Shown piece by piece: positions 23,833 through 37,893 of a stretch of 53,944 nucleotides of DNA (position 1 is its first letter; each line of letters starts with the position of its first letter). Under the pieces are notes generated by a model, which saw only the letters and a program-made list of their open reading frames with translations, was not told the DNA's origin and made no database searches. The DNA is from Octopus bimaculoides (taxonomy: Eukaryota), in NCBI RefSeq assembly GCF_001194135.2, contig NC_068983.1:132278051-132331994 (forward strand), given 5' to 3'. The translations under genes were made by a program, and so were the position numbers.

Positions 23833-25407
23833 TGTTATGCGCCCAATTATTAACAGCTCTTGTTAAAAAATGGGTCGTTATTGAATTTCTCGCCAAAATT
23901 AGAAGTCTGATTAAATGCTGTTTTGTTGCAATAAGGTGAAGAGCTACTGCATATATTTTGCCAAGGGAGGTTACCTGGCGATGTTTAAAATTCTAATTGC
24001 AGTCGATAAAAATTTCAAGCACGGCTCCAAAATATTGGCAGATACACAAAATTTGATTATTGCGTTGCAAATATCATTGAGTCAGGCAATATAAGAATGT
24101 GTTGGACAATAGAGTGTATATCATACTGAGAAAGATCTAAAATACAGGAATTTGTAGAATAATGCGTGGTAGGGCTGCGTGATATCACATGCACGATCAT
24201 TTTGCAACCATCTGTTGGTCAACAAAGTATTCTATCTATGACCAGATGGTGAATGTTGAGGAGCACTCTTCTGATTTAAGTGGTAGATTGTATATTCTCA
24301 CGCTGCTGAATATCTGAGAAGTTCAATATGGCAAGATAAATTGTTCGAAACATACTTGTAATGCCTCAAGATCCCGTTTTGTTGGGGGACGTGAATGGAG
24401 ACAGCAGAAGGAAGCTGTTTTCAGAATGAAATGAGTGGATGTTAATTGAAATGGTCAAGAATGATACTAAGATAATAACTGTAGCGATGAAAGCCAAATT
24501 GAGAGCTATTGAAACTCATGCTTCAAGGTCACCGATCACAAAAACTCACAATAGAGACTTAAGCATGTAACTTTTATTTTGAAATCTGTGAGAGACTTTC
24601 TGAAGAAACCCACTCCTTGATGATTCTGTTTTATAATACTGACGGAACAAAACTCGAGTTATTCGGTCACAACGATAGGACTACTGCTTGGAGGAAAAAA
24701 GAAAATTAAAATCTGAATAATATGATTCCTACCACCAGGAGACAGCAAGTATAATGCTGTAGGGTCGTTTTTCTGCTAAGGGTATTGGAAAATTAATTCG
24801 AATTGAAGGAATGATGAAAATTGAGAAAACCTGAAATTATTGTCGAAGCAACAAAAATTAGGAAACCGTTGGACCTTCGGGCAGGACAATGATCCCAAGC
24901 GTGCCTCTGTTTTAATCCAAAATCGATTGAAAGAAAACAGGATAGATGTAGTCTCATGGCTATATCAAAGCCCTGATATCAATCCGATTGAAAATTTATG
25001 GTAGAAGCTAAAGAAAGGATTGAACGGATGAACAACATCTAATTTGACGCAGGTTGAATAATTTGCGATTGACGAATGAGTTAAAATTCCTTCTCATCTT
25101 TGTCTGAAGCTAACTGAAAATGACCCTCGCAGATTGAAGCTATTAAACATATTAAACATAAAGGATACGTCACTGATTGTTAATCATTGAATGTTATCAA
25201 GGCGCCAATAATTTTGAATCATCCAATATCTTGTTTTTTTTTCTGTTTTGACTGTTAAAAATAAATTGTTTCAAAATTCACCTTTCGTCTAGTGTTCCTT
25301 AAGCAACTATGTCTACATTGACCAAAACTTAGTTATGTAATCACTAATTTTAGCGACAAATTCAATCATTTTTGACAAGGGGTGTCAATAATTGTGCGCG
25401 TCAGTGT
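23833..25407 (+). mobile_element. Near-full-length decayed Tc1-family transposon (~1.57 kb) with IR/DR-type ends
   Basis: TDGTKLELFGHND, QDNDPK, QSPDINPIENLW. Ends TGCGCCCAATTATTAACA (~23838) and TGTCAATAATTGTGCGCGTCAGTG (25383-25406) are inverted. Inner repeats CCAAAATATTGGC (~24028) and GCCAATAATTTTGA (~25204). Confidence 0.88.
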
Positions 25408-27409
25408 TAAAGGAGAAAAAATAAAATGCGAAATAGAAGATAGCTACCGCGAAAAAATGCTTCTCAATGCAGAAAAATTAAAGATAAAATCGAAATGTAA
25501 TTTCAAAATAAATGAAAAATGTTATAATAACGGAAGAGGTTAACATTGTCAATCAGCGACGAGACTCGAGAGAAAATGGAGAAGTCATCAGTGATGCCAA
25601 AAGTTAAGAAAATACATTTGTAGATGAAATGTAGATGGTTTTAGTCGCATAGGATCAATGGCTTCCAGAATATGTACAAACAATATAATGAAATAAGAAG
25701 CAAACATCAATACTGTATCAGTACAGAGGAGTAACTGATCACATCATTTATAACAGCTTAAAGTTTCCCAATGTAGATTATACCCATTGGTACAACAAGT
25801 TTGTTAGGTATAACATGTAAATATATATAAGAGAGATTTGGAAGCATGTGCCAAGTTAGATACGTGGCCATAATCCCTAACATTTCAAGGTCATGAATAA
25901 GCTAATCTGCGATCCCGTACAGAGACCCACGTTCTAAAATACTAACTGCCGTATACCACAACCTCACAGAGGATTAATGTTTTAAAGATGAAATGTCATC
26001 GTGTGAGTCTGTTATGACTGAATTAATCGCCGGAAAGAAGGTGACTTTTATTATCAAAAGCTTGAATCAGAGAATTGCTAACGTTGGCATACGAGGGTGA
26101 ATATAAGCTCATGCAAGAATAAATTTAGTCCCCGTTTAAAAGGGAATAATAGACAAAATCATTATAAAGCTATTTATTATACATTAAATAGCAAACGTGT
26201 GTATTTATCGACATTCAACTGATGCATGATGCCTACTTATTTTATGTATTCAGTATCATGCTCAAGACTGATTTCAAAATATAAAATCAATTAGAATATT
26301 AAATCCTTAAAATATTCAAAATATCTCAATCCAGTTATATTTCTACAATATATATTCCTTATTTTCAAAATTTTCCTTCACATTTTATAGTAATTCATAT
26401 CCACGAATAAAAAAAAACTGAAACCTCAATGAATGGAAGTCAATGTTAAGGCGTAGAAAAAAGGAATGGAAAACTCTATTCATATATAAAATATATACAA
26501 TATATACAATATATACAAAATATATATAAAATATATACAAACTTACGAGTGCGTGTGAGCGTGTCTCTGTATTTCTATGCAAATACATATATCATGTATG
26601 TAACGTATGTATGTTTACATATTTGTGCGTGTGTGTATGTGTGTGTTTGTGCGTGTGTTACTCGAGTATGAGTGGATATGTATATTTTTGTGTTTTTCTA
26701 CTTGAATCTGCTTGACATTGCATTATCTTTGCCAATATTATATGAATATAAACGGAGTGGATTTTACTTTGTGAAAATTAACTTTCATTGAAAACTGAAC
26801 ATGAGTGAAAAACGTAATTACAGTGCCTTATTTTACGCATTTTCACTTCCCATGTTGCCATATTTGAATTATAGAAATAGAGTTCATTTTAGTGTAAAAT
26901 ATAACTATCTTTTTCTTTTTTAGTATATTTAATGCCAATATTGGTTATATTACATATAGATGATATTTGATAGTTTTCATAAGGTTGTTTTATGTTATAA
27001 TTCTCAGAGTAGTTTTGATTTTGAAGTATTTGAAATTTAGCCAAAAAAGTATTTTAGAAGCAAAATAGTATTTTTATGCGAAACAAACAGTTCGTTATAT
27101 GATGAAACGTAAACAACTCACGAATATAACTTATAGTTTCAGGTATAGTGTATCTAGAATTACATTTATCAAACTATCATTGCAGCCTTTTCTGAAGATT
27201 TGAGGATATATCAGGAAGATTTGTCCGCTGTTATTGCTATGTGTTGGAGCAGTTACATAAAAATTTCTTTATTGTTGCACACATTAATTAGTGTTACTCT
27301 AGCAAATAAACAATTAAAGTCGTTCCAGCCATTACTAGTCGAGTTTTCTCAGGTAGTATTACATAATTCAAAGTTCTTCACGTTTTAAAATATGAAAAGG
27401 TTGTTGGTT

Positions 27410-27549
27410 GCTATGTTAAATAAGCTGAGATCGGCTGTATCTCTCATCCTTTCAGGAGCGAAAAAATAAGTACCAGTTGAGCACTGGAGTCGATATAAGT
27501 GACTTTTCCCTTCCCCGAACTAATTGGTCTTATGCCAAAATTTGAAACC
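27410..27549 (+). mobile_element. tRNA-derived SINE 3' half
   Basis: TCATCCTTTC..AAAATAAGTACCAGTTGAGCACTGGAGTCGAT..TGCCAAAATTTGAAACC. Confidence 0.8.
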
Positions 27550-29485
27550 GTTATTCTACAGATAACACGCCCGTTGAACCAATGGTAAGATAGAATACGT
27601 TTTAGAAAGATAACCCAGAGAGTGATTTGACACCCCAAGAGCACTTTGTTGTGCAAAGTACAACATATTCAGCTTATACGTTCATAGATGGTTTAAAATA
27701 AAACCAATTTCATGCCTTGAAAGGAGAAAAGAGATACTGGCATATGGGCCTAGACCGTGGTTCGATATTCATTAACTCTATTTTGGCGTCAATGATTATC
27801 GTTAATTTTATTGTATTTTGTTAACTTATATTCCTTTTCTTGTATGAGATTTTGCTATGATAATTACCTACGTTATACGAGCCCTTCTGCTCTTTCTCTG
27901 AAGAAAAAATAGCATTTCACTACTTCATTGGGGGAAAGAAAACACCGAGTAAATAACGAAACGATATATATTGGATATAAACGTTGATAGAAAAATTATT
28001 TATAACCTATATGTTGCACAGGAAAATATATACTCTCATAAATTGGAAAAATGAGATAGCCCAGTTAATTAAAAGCCGCTGTTCAATGAGAATATTTTCA
28101 TATTTCTTAAAAACTCCTGATTTATTACAATATGAAAGCTCAGAGCTTCTCGTCTTTAGCTCGGGAAATAATATACATTCAACAAAATTGAGATATATGT
28201 CTATAAACATAAATCTGGATAAACTGGATACAATATTAAACTTCATAGCAAAAGTCTTCGCTCGGCGGGAATGTTACACCGTTCTCGGTATATTATAGAA
28301 TTGAATGTAGAAAAATAGATGAACCGAGATATGCAAGAATAGGATGGCTATAAATAATAAGCACTTCGATAATACTGAATTCTAAAAAAGAAAAACATGA
28401 CTAATGATATGAAAGAGGGAAAAAGAAGATGAATAACGTTCTCGAAACGTATTGTTTGCCTTCACGAAAAGTACTTGTCGAGTATAAAGTAAACGTTAAG
28501 ATGTTATAGCATGTTCTGAGATAGTAAGATATTTGGATAAACTGTCTGGTGGATTGACATTTTATCAGTGAGGGGGAAGGAGATAACAATTACTCCGTTG
28601 ATAATGATTCGTAAATTCTTATCGATAGCGCATTGTCCCAGTGTTCAAGGTATTTAAATCTTAGCAGCAAAATGCACTCACAATCATTATGTATATATGT
28701 GTGGTTATATATATATATACATGTATATATANNNNNNNNNNNNNNNNNNNNNNNNNNNNNNNNNNNNNNNNNNNNNNNNNNNNNNNNNNNNNNNNNNNNN
28801 NNNNNNNNNNNNNNNNNNNNNNNNNNNNNNNNNNNNNNNNNNNNNNNNNNNNNNNNNNNNNNNNNNNNNNNNNNNNNNNNNNNNNNNNNNNNNNNNNNNN
28901 NNNNNNNNNNNNNNNNNNNNNNNNNNNNNNNNNNNNNNNNNNNNNNNNNNNNNNNNNNNNNNNNNNNNNNNNNNNNNNNNNNNNNNNNNNNNNNNNNNNN
29001 NNNNNNNNNNNNNNNNNNNNNNNNNNNNNNNNNNNNNNNNNNNNNNNNNNNNNNNNNNNNNNNNNNNNNNNNNNNNNNNNNNNNNNNNNNNNNNNNNNNN
29101 NNNNNNNNNNNNNNNNNNNNNNNNNNNNNNNNNNNNNNNNNNNNNNNNNNNNNNNNNNNNNNNNNNNNNNNNNNNNNNNNNNNNNNNNNNNNNNNNNNNN
29201 NNNNNNNNNNNNNNNNNNNNNNNNNNNNNNNNNNNNNNNNNNNNNNNNNNNNNNNNNNNNNNNNNNNNNNNNNNNNNNNNNNNNNNNNNNNNNNNNNNNN
29301 NNNNNNNNNNNNNNNNNNNNNNNNNNNNNNNNNNNNNNNNNNNNNNNNNNNNNNNNNNNNNNNNNNNNNNNNNNNNNNNNNNNNNNNNNNNNNNNNNNNN
29401 NNNNNNNNNNNNNNNNNNNNNNNNNNNNNNNNNNNNNNNNNNNNNNNNNNNNNNNNNNNNNNNNNNNNNNNNNNNNNNNNNNNNA

Positions 29486-30930
29486 ACTCCCAAGAAAACT
29501 GAAGGAGGGGAAAATATGCCCTATTCATAAAGGAGGTAGCAGAGCGGAAGCCAAGAACTACAGACCTATCTCTCTCACCTCACACATCAGCAAGGTCATG
29601 GAACGAATAGTCAGAAGAAAACTAATCGCCTTCCTTGAAGAAAATGACTTGCTGCCTGACACCCAACATGGTTTCCGACCAGGAAGAAGCTGCCTGACTC
29701 AGCTCTTACAACACTATGACTGGATGCTGAAACAGCTACTTAACCACTCAAATGTGGAAGTGATATATCTCGACTTTGCAAAGGCCTTTGATAAAGTCGA
29801 TCATGGAATGATATGTCACAAACTGAGTGATCGCGGCATAGTTGGAAAATTGGGAGAATGGCTTCATGACTTTGTGAAGGAAAGAAGTCAGGTAGTAGTA
29901 GCCAATGGGGCCACCTCCAATGATACACAAATAGTGAGCGGTGTTCCGCAAGGCACTGTTTTGGGACCACTACTGTTCATAAAGCCACGGTCACAAGTTA
30001 TGTAGATGACACAAAAGTCTCACAGGTAATACAGAACCCTGAAGACACTATGCACCTGCAATGTGAGCTGGATGAAATATACAAGTGGGCTGAAAAAAAT
30101 AACATGCAGTTTAATGCTGAAAAGTTTCAAGCCTTATGCTATCAGCATGCAAGACTAAATGCAGAACCCATTAAATACACTGGACCTGGAGGGACTGCAA
30201 TCCCAGAGGCAGATACAGTGCNNNNNNNNNNNNNNNNNNNNNNNNNNNNNNNNNNNNNNNNNNNNNNNNNNNNNNNNNNNNNNNNNNNNNNNNNNNNNNN
30301 NNNNNNNNNNNNNNNNNNNNNNNNNNNNNNNNNNNNNNNNNNNNNNNNNNNNNNNNNNNNNNNNNNNNNNNNNNNNNNNNNNNNNNNNNNNNNNNNNNNN
30401 NNNNNNNNNNNNNNNNNNNNNNNNNNNNNNNNNNNNNNNNNNNNNNNNNNNNNNNNNNNNNNNNNNNNNNNNNNNNNNNNNNNNNNNNNNNNNNNNNNNN
30501 NNNNNNNNNNNNNNNNNNNNNNNNNNNNNNNNNNNNNNNNNNNNNNNNNNNNNNNNNNNNNNNNNNNNNNNNNNNNNNNNNNNNNNNNNNNNNNNNNNNN
30601 NNNNNNNNNNNNNNNATACTGCAATAGCCTGGGCTTCAAAGGTCCACAGCTCTTCAATATCCTCCCGAAAGACCTGAGAGACCTGCATGCGGTGGACGTA
30701 GGTGTCTTCAAGACAAGGCTGGACCTCTTCCTATCAGGTGTCCCAGATGAACCAACTTCACGGCAGGAGGCGCAGATGAGAGCAGCTGCATCAAACTCTC
30801 TCATGCACCAAATGTCAATTCCTGAAGTAAAATTCATGAAGTAAAATTGTGTAGCAACACTAAATGGCGGTGCCCCAGCATGGCCACAGCTCATGAGCTG
30901 AAACTAGATAAAATGAAAATGAAATGAAAA
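29486..30930 (+). mobile_element. CR1-type LINE: RT domain to 3' tail (interrupted by a gap)
   Basis: KNYRPISLTSHISKVMER..QHGFRPGRSCLTQL..YLDFAKAFDKVDH..SGVPQGTVLGPLLFI, frameshift, YVDDTK..WAEKNNMQFNAEK; C-terminus FNILPKDLRD..FKTRLDLFLSGVPDEP; tail GGCGGTGCCCCAGCATGGCCACAGCTCATGAGCTGAAAC followed by AAATG-type repeats. Confidence 0.93.
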
Positions 30931-31255
30931 AAAATGCTAATAAAACCCATAGAATTATATACATTAAATGTTCATGATATAGCCAAATTGGAAAAGCGAG
31001 TATTTGGAATTGTTAATTCAATCGAAACATTATCAGATTATCTGTAAAATGTATTTGAAAGAATAAAAGCAATAACATTTTGTCAGATATAAAAGCGCCT
31101 TCACGAAAAATGGAGTGTTTTCAAAAAAAAAAAAAGACAGAAAAAACAACTATGAGCTAAATAAAGCGAATCAATATAGCGATAGATAAATGTAGAGTGA
31201 CAGTGGATTGCATTACACAAACACAAACACATATGTGTGCACATGTATATATATA

Positions 31256-31295
<40 letters not shown>

Positions 31296-31313
31296 CGCGT
31301 GTGTACACGTATA

Positions 31314-31387
<74 letters not shown>

Positions 31388-31899
31388 GCTATGTATATGT
31401 GTATGTATGTATATAAATACATAAAGATAGAGAATGGGAGAAAGGGAGAGAGGTAGACAAAATGGCATTGAGTTATGTGTAAACATAAGAGATCAAATAA
31501 ACATGCATAAACCCAGCCGTTACAATTCTGGATCATCTGCGCAAGATACCTAATCACTGAGACTGCGATATGACTGATAAAATAGTCTATGTTATGACAA
31601 TATGTCGATACAAATTAAACAATCAAGTTGCATGGCCTTCAATCACACGACACAAAGAGAAAATATAAAATGTTTACCCTATGTAATCTTACACCATTTT
31701 TGATGACACATTCGTGGTGGCTGAATAGCCTAGAGCTCACTTAGTCATCAGTAAGAGGAAAAAAGACTATCCACTTTATGAAATGTATAATATTTAGAAT
31801 AACTTAGTGGACAAAAAACAAAAAACAAATGCCTGACTCCAGCATGTGCTTGGTTCGGCAGACCCGCAAAAAAACACTGAAATCTGAATATTTGGAGCA

Positions 31900-32700
31900 A
31901 AATTCAACTAATAGAGATTCACTTCATTTCTTCACATCATCAAAGCGCAAGTATCCGTCTGCATGAATTTATAATGAAATGTCTCACGAAGAATAATGTT
32001 TGGCCTTCTCCGGAATGAAATCTGCTGGTAAAGTCCATCATATTGTGGATTGTAGTGGTTACACTATTTATGTGTATTTAAGAATGCTAATCAGTGAAGT
32101 GATTTGACAGTGGGTCCTGCAGTTATTTCCACCTTAGTTGGGAAAAATTATGCCTCATAGATATCAGATAAATATTTATGCCCATGCATTTATTCTGTGC
32201 AATTATGGAGTGAATTTTAGGGCTTATAAATCTAACATTTTCCTATCCTTCCTTAATACCGGTTCCCATATGCAATTCATATCTGCACTCGGTCTGCTTA
32301 GGAGGTTGTTGTGTCCTAGCATATGTGCTGCTTCTTTCAGCTTTCGTATTTTCCAGTGGTGTTCTCTGTCTATTATTTTAACTTCATCCCACAGGGGGAG
32401 GTGGTCTCAATTTTTCCATACATAATCAGCTATAACCGATTTATCAATATCTTCTCGTGTCACAGCTTTGCGATGTTCCTCTACCCTTATTTTGAGGGGG
32501 CGACATGTTTCGCCTTTGTATAACCGACCACAGCTTTATGGGATGGAGTACAAGCAGTTGGTGGTCATAGTCTCCTTTATTGGTGTATTACTCTTGAATA
32601 TTGCCCTTATGTCATATGGACCGCATATCTTTTGTATCTTTTCGGAGAGGCCTTTCACATAGGGTAGACAGTCTGTGGACAGTTCATTGGTTTCATCCTC
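31900..32700 (-). mobile_element. Penelope-like element (Poseidon-like) 3' part with GIY-YIG endonuclease
   Basis: LPYVKGLSEKIQKIC..IFKS..NCLYSIP, CGRLYKGETCRPLKIRVEEHRKA, WDEVKIIDREHHWKIRKLKEAAHM. The GIY-YIG coding part lies at ~32240-32700; the rest is presumed 3' region. Confidence 0.88.
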
Positions 32701-33199
32701 TCTTCTCTTTATAATTGGTAAAAAGAGAGGATGAAACCAATGAACATAGGTGAAGAAATCTTCATCTTTCTTGAACAAATTTGAACACTGCTGGCTACTA
32801 TTGAACAGAGAACTTCTTTCACTGAAACCTTTCGATAAAAAATAGTTTCATTGAAACAAATCTTAACTGGTTTCTTCGGCAGAATACAATTACAGCATTT
32901 TTCGTGTTCGGCAGGGGAAAAATTACTTAAAGTAGTCGTACTTTTTTCTCGCTAGACCAATTTTTACATTCTTCCTCGAAGATTTCTTCGTATCTTCGAA
33001 ATTATGCAGAGAAGGTAATCTCTTCTTCTGGGTTATAACGTGAATTCTTGAATTGAGTTTGCTAAGCTCTCTGGCGAATAAGAACCTGAAGTATTTTCAG
33101 ACCGCTTCAACATTAATTCCAGCAAATACTGGTTTTGTGGTTGTTGCTGTTGTAGTTGTTGTTGTAGTTGCTAAAGTTGTTATTGTTGCTTTCATGTTA

Positions 33200-33680
33200 A
33201 AACGACTTTTTCTTTGGTTCCTTATTAAAAAAAGAAAACATTCTACACGTCCAACGCAAGCTTCGAGGTTAAACGTACTCTGACAACCGCTCACGGTGAA
33301 CTTCTTACCCATGAAATGCTGACAGCTCTTTATTTATTGCAATGTGTCAGCCCACTTTTAGTCACATGGGGCTGGTCGGAATCCTGCCACAGAAGCTACA
33401 AAATTTCCAAGGGAAGAGATTAAAGACTGCCAGTTTTGTCAGACAAGACGTGCAGTTGTGGTGAATTTCTTATTTCAGATGTAATTTGGGATAGCTCTTT
33501 CTGTAAGGAATTAGTATAATCCAGGTTGTAAGTGTTCTTTTCATTAGAATGATCGGGATGATTAGATTTGAGGTCATAGTGTAGAGCTCTCCACCGCATC
33601 CGAGTGATGAAAATATTAGTATTTTGAAGTAGGTGTTCCATGTATATATCCCTAGCTGGGATCGGGACATGCCCAAGGAT
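33200..33680 (-). mobile_element. Penelope-like element ORF N-terminus (a different lineage from 32.2-32.7 kb)
   Basis: TNIFITRMRWRALHY, IRNSPQLHVLSDKT, INKEL, RVECF resemble PLE F.KRMRWKA / L.V.ADKT / DRVE motifs. 33700-34330 upstream may be its pseudo-LTR (weak). Confidence 0.65.
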
Positions 33681-34369
33681 TACTTATCCATGTGTTATTT
33701 ATAGGTAGCGCTCGGCCGAACAAACGGTATATAGTTTATAGATTAGAGACAGGTGTTCTCTATATAGAAAGCACATCGAATTGCTCAGGAGATTTGAACT
33801 TGAGCCAATAGATGAGTAAATGTAAGGATAATCAAGTTAATGAAGATGATTTACACAGAATATTATATGCATTTAATAGAAAGAATGTACATGTGTATGG
33901 ATATCAATTGGCCCAACTTACAGGATATAAATGATATCAGGAGTTAAATAGGTAGAGTTTTACGAGTTCAATAGCTGTTTCTGGGGACTTGGTGGTCTGG
34001 AATAACGATAGTTACATGCATCCATTATCGATTAATACCGCTTCCGCCTTCAGGAGAGAATTTTACTCTGGAGTATTTTACATTTAAGGTGTTTACCACA
34101 TGGACTTTAAAGATGAATGATTTTGTGGAGAACTAAGTTTGTTAGGAAGGAGAGTTGGGGTGCTTAAATAAAGAGTAGCGGGAGGGGAAAATAGATTTAA
34201 AGGTGAAGGCTAGTGGTAGTAGTATAGGGGGAAGGGGGAGGAAACGGGAAGGGTGGTTTAAGCAGGGTGTGAATGATGACCTTTTGATGATAGTTTGTAT
34301 GAAGTTTGTAGAGTTAAAGGTTGATACACACACACACACGTACACACACAAGCATATTTATATATACAC

Positions 34370-34610
34370 TTTTTCTTTTATCTTATACTGGCTACGTCTA
34401 TACTGGGACACCGGTTTCAAGAACATTTAATCAGATGATTCAACCATAGTACTTGCATTTTTCATTGCTATATTTTCTACTCATATTTTGTATTTATTTA
34501 TTTGTTTGGCTTAACCACAAGGTTACGGTGACATAAACAAACCAACAACGGTTGACAGGCGGTGGTGAGGCACCGACAGTGACACAAAGACGCGCGCGGA
34601 CACACGTATA
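34370..34610 (-). mobile_element. Degraded SINE of the same family as 1385-1565
   Basis: GTTACGGTGACATAAACAAACCAAC..GGTTGACAGGCGGTGGTG is the reverse complement of the central motif at ~1395-1430. Degenerate tail at 34380-34420. Confidence 0.6.
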
Positions 34611-34628
34611 CACTAATACATACATATG

Positions 34629-34668
<40 letters not shown>

Positions 34669-35351
34669 NNNNNNNNNNNNNNNNNNNNNNNNNNNNNNNN
34701 NNNNNNNNNNNNNNNNNNNNNNNNNNNNNNNNNNNNNNNNNNNNNNNNNNNNNNNNNNNNNNNNNNNNNNNNNNNNNNNNNNNNNNNNNNNNNNNNNNNN
34801 NNNNNNNNNNNNNNNNNNNNNNNNNNNNNNNNNNNNNNNNNNNNNNNNNNNNNNNNNNNNNNNNNNNNNNNNNNNNNNNNNNNNNNNNNNNNNNNNNNNN
34901 NNNNNNNNNNNNNNNNNNNNNNNNNNNNNNNNNNNNNNNNNNNNNNNNNNNNNNNNNNNNNNNNNNNNNNNNNNNNNNNNNNNNNNNNNNNNNNNNNNNN
35001 NNNNNNNNNNNNNNNNNNNNNNNNNNNNNNNNNNNNNNNNNNNNNNNNNNNNNNNNNNNNNNNNNNNNNNNNNNNNNNNNNNNNNNNNNNNNNNNNNNNN
35101 NNNNNNNNNNNNNNNNNNNNNNNNNNNNNNNNNNNNNNNNNNNNNNNNNNNNNNNNNNNNNNNNNNNNNNNNNNNNNNNNNNNNNNNNNNNNNNNNNNNN
35201 NNNNNNNNNNNNNNNNNNNNNNNNNNNNNNNNNNNNNNNNNNNNNNNNNNNNNNNNNNNNNNNNNNNNNNNNNNNNNNNNNNNNNNNNNNNNNNNNNNNN
35301 NNNNNNNNNNNNNNNNNNNNNNNNNNNNNNNNNNNNNNNNNNNNNNNNNNN

Positions 35352-35384
<33 letters not shown>

Positions 35385-37678
35385 TCACTCTCTCTCTCTC
35401 TCTCTCCCTCTCCCTATCTCGCTCTCTCTCTTTCTTCTCTTCTCTCTAACATTTGATTAATTCGGCTCTCACTTTTTGTCGCTATCCGTCTCTGTATCTT
35501 TTTCTTTTAATTCAATATTAACAACGCTTACATCATTCTTAAGCGCCTCTACCATCACTACCACCACCACTGCCGCCGACGCCTGTGACGCTACCATCGC
35601 CGCCACTACCACTAAAAGCAGGTGTTTTGCGTCAGAATATCACATCTAGATAAGAACGCTAACTGTATTTTCAAATGAAGAACAATTTTAATAAAATAAT
35701 TACGGTTAAAAATTCGGCATAGACATGTATACCTAAATACAATTGTACGTATCTACCTAGATTTGTGTGTTTCGCTCGAAAATATGGAAGACAATGGAAG
35801 ATATGAAATGTCGATTATTCGCAAGAGAAGTGAATTTTGAATTGTGGAACGAAATCCAAGGTATAATCTATTGAAAATACATTTCTATTATTTGAAATAT
35901 TCAGAAGAGTGATAGATGAATATTGTAAACTACGTATGATAGCATATTCTTTGTTTTCCCGAAAAAGCGATGGTTGTACAGGATACACACACACAGAAAC
36001 ACACACACATGTATGTGTGTGTATGTGTGTTTGTGTTTGTGCGTGTATGTGTGTGTGTTTGTGTGTGTGATGTAATGATGATGACAAGCCAAATAGTATC
36101 ATTAAGAAATAATTTCATACTTACATTTCAGGTTCGTATCTAAACAATAATGGAGTAAGCTCCTTATTAATTATGTATGCAACCGTTACTAAAAGTACTA
36201 AAAGTGAGCAATTATTAAAGGGTTGACCGTCTGGAAATATTTTTAAATATTTTTGTTCTAAGAAATTTCCTGCAATTTCGATTTTTCCAGTTTATTGAGT
36301 CTTTTAAACTCCACTTTCTCTCATATTTAAATGTTCGTTGCATTCACTGCGTTCAATTCTTCACAGACTTAAATATTCATTTCACTCACTGCGAAGTATT
36401 CCATTTTAATTTGAAAAGTCTCACAGTTTCTCTTTTAAGTTTTAATTCACTATTTGGAAAACCGATAGTTTATTCTATTAATGTATACGTAATGTAAACA
36501 TATTATTTATTGAATGAACATTTTTGAACGCGGGATAGCTGTGAGAAGAGCCTAGAAAGTTGAGTAATTACTACTAGAAGACGAGGAGAAAAACGTTATC
36601 GACAAGTACGCCAAACTTGCACTTTATTCACAGTTTCCAAACATGTATAGCATTAAGCCATTATATACACAAACAAGTTGAACGAGCGACTAAGTATGAA
36701 CAATGTGTAAAAATTTCAATATATGTGGTTGAAGCAGTATGCCGGCTAGTAATTTAGGAAGATGTATATTTCTATGCCAAGTGGAAAGAAGGGAAATGTA
36801 AGAAGATGGAGAGAGGTGAAAGAGAAAAAGAGAGAGAGAAAAGAAGAGAAGGAAATAAAATGTGAGTGGAAAAAGGAAAGGAATGAAGATGTGCAAATGA
36901 ACATTAACGAAAGGAAAGGAGATAGCTGTCGTATTCGTTTGCATACAAAACATGTATGGAAAAGTATGAGTAGCAAAAACTGATGCAATAGCAAGTTGCT
37001 TAAGACTATTAGATGTCGAAAAGGAATAGTGGTGACGGCGTAGGTGACGAACGTTACCATACCTCAGTCTATGAGAGACATGAGTTTGACCGTTAACCTC
37101 AAGACAAGAAAGAATACAACGGTCGGCCAACTTCAATTTATATTATAGATTATGTCCACCTGTGTGTACACACACCCACGTAGACATGAAGCCCTTTCAA
37201 TAAATGCTTTTAAGCCACTCGCTTGACAGGAACACACAAAGGTTTCTTTCAGTCAATAGACACCCCTTCTCTCACTCTCTAACACTTAGAACAATTCACC
37301 AAACTATATGCAAAGAAGACTTCAACGAAAAATCTCCAGACATGTTCTTGACCTCCAGACAGAAGATAAATTGTTCTTACTTCAAATTTTTCAAATTTCT
37401 ATAAATATTTACTCATATTTGATAAGATGAAATACATCGAAATCGGTAATATTTTTATTTGTATAATCTTTTATTAAATTCCTTCTTAAGTTGAAATGTC
37501 TCAGCAGACTTACTTGTGTGCTATTTCTATCTCCATCTTTTTATATATAAAAAATTTATTTGTATATATCCCTAAACGTTTCTCAACTGATATATATATA
37601 TACACACACATACATACATACATACATACATACATTTACATACATAAGCACACACACTCGCACACATACATATAAATG

Positions 37679-37711
<33 letters not shown>

Positions 37712-37893
37712 AATAGGGAATTACAAAATCCGAACTTGCAAGGAAATACAATTTAATAATATCAAATTGAGTTGTATAACGAAAAATATTTAAATAATTT
37801 AGAGAAGAACCTTTTCTTGATGGTGTGTGATCTTCATCGTGTGAGTTGCACCATGGTGGTTCTTCTTCAAATTATTAAAATATATATAAAAAT

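Noticed and set aside
27180-27235. CTGAAGA..TTGA/TCAG..GAAG..GTC hammerhead-like string
   Set aside because: GAAG instead of GAAA, and stems I and III are not formed. Likely chance.
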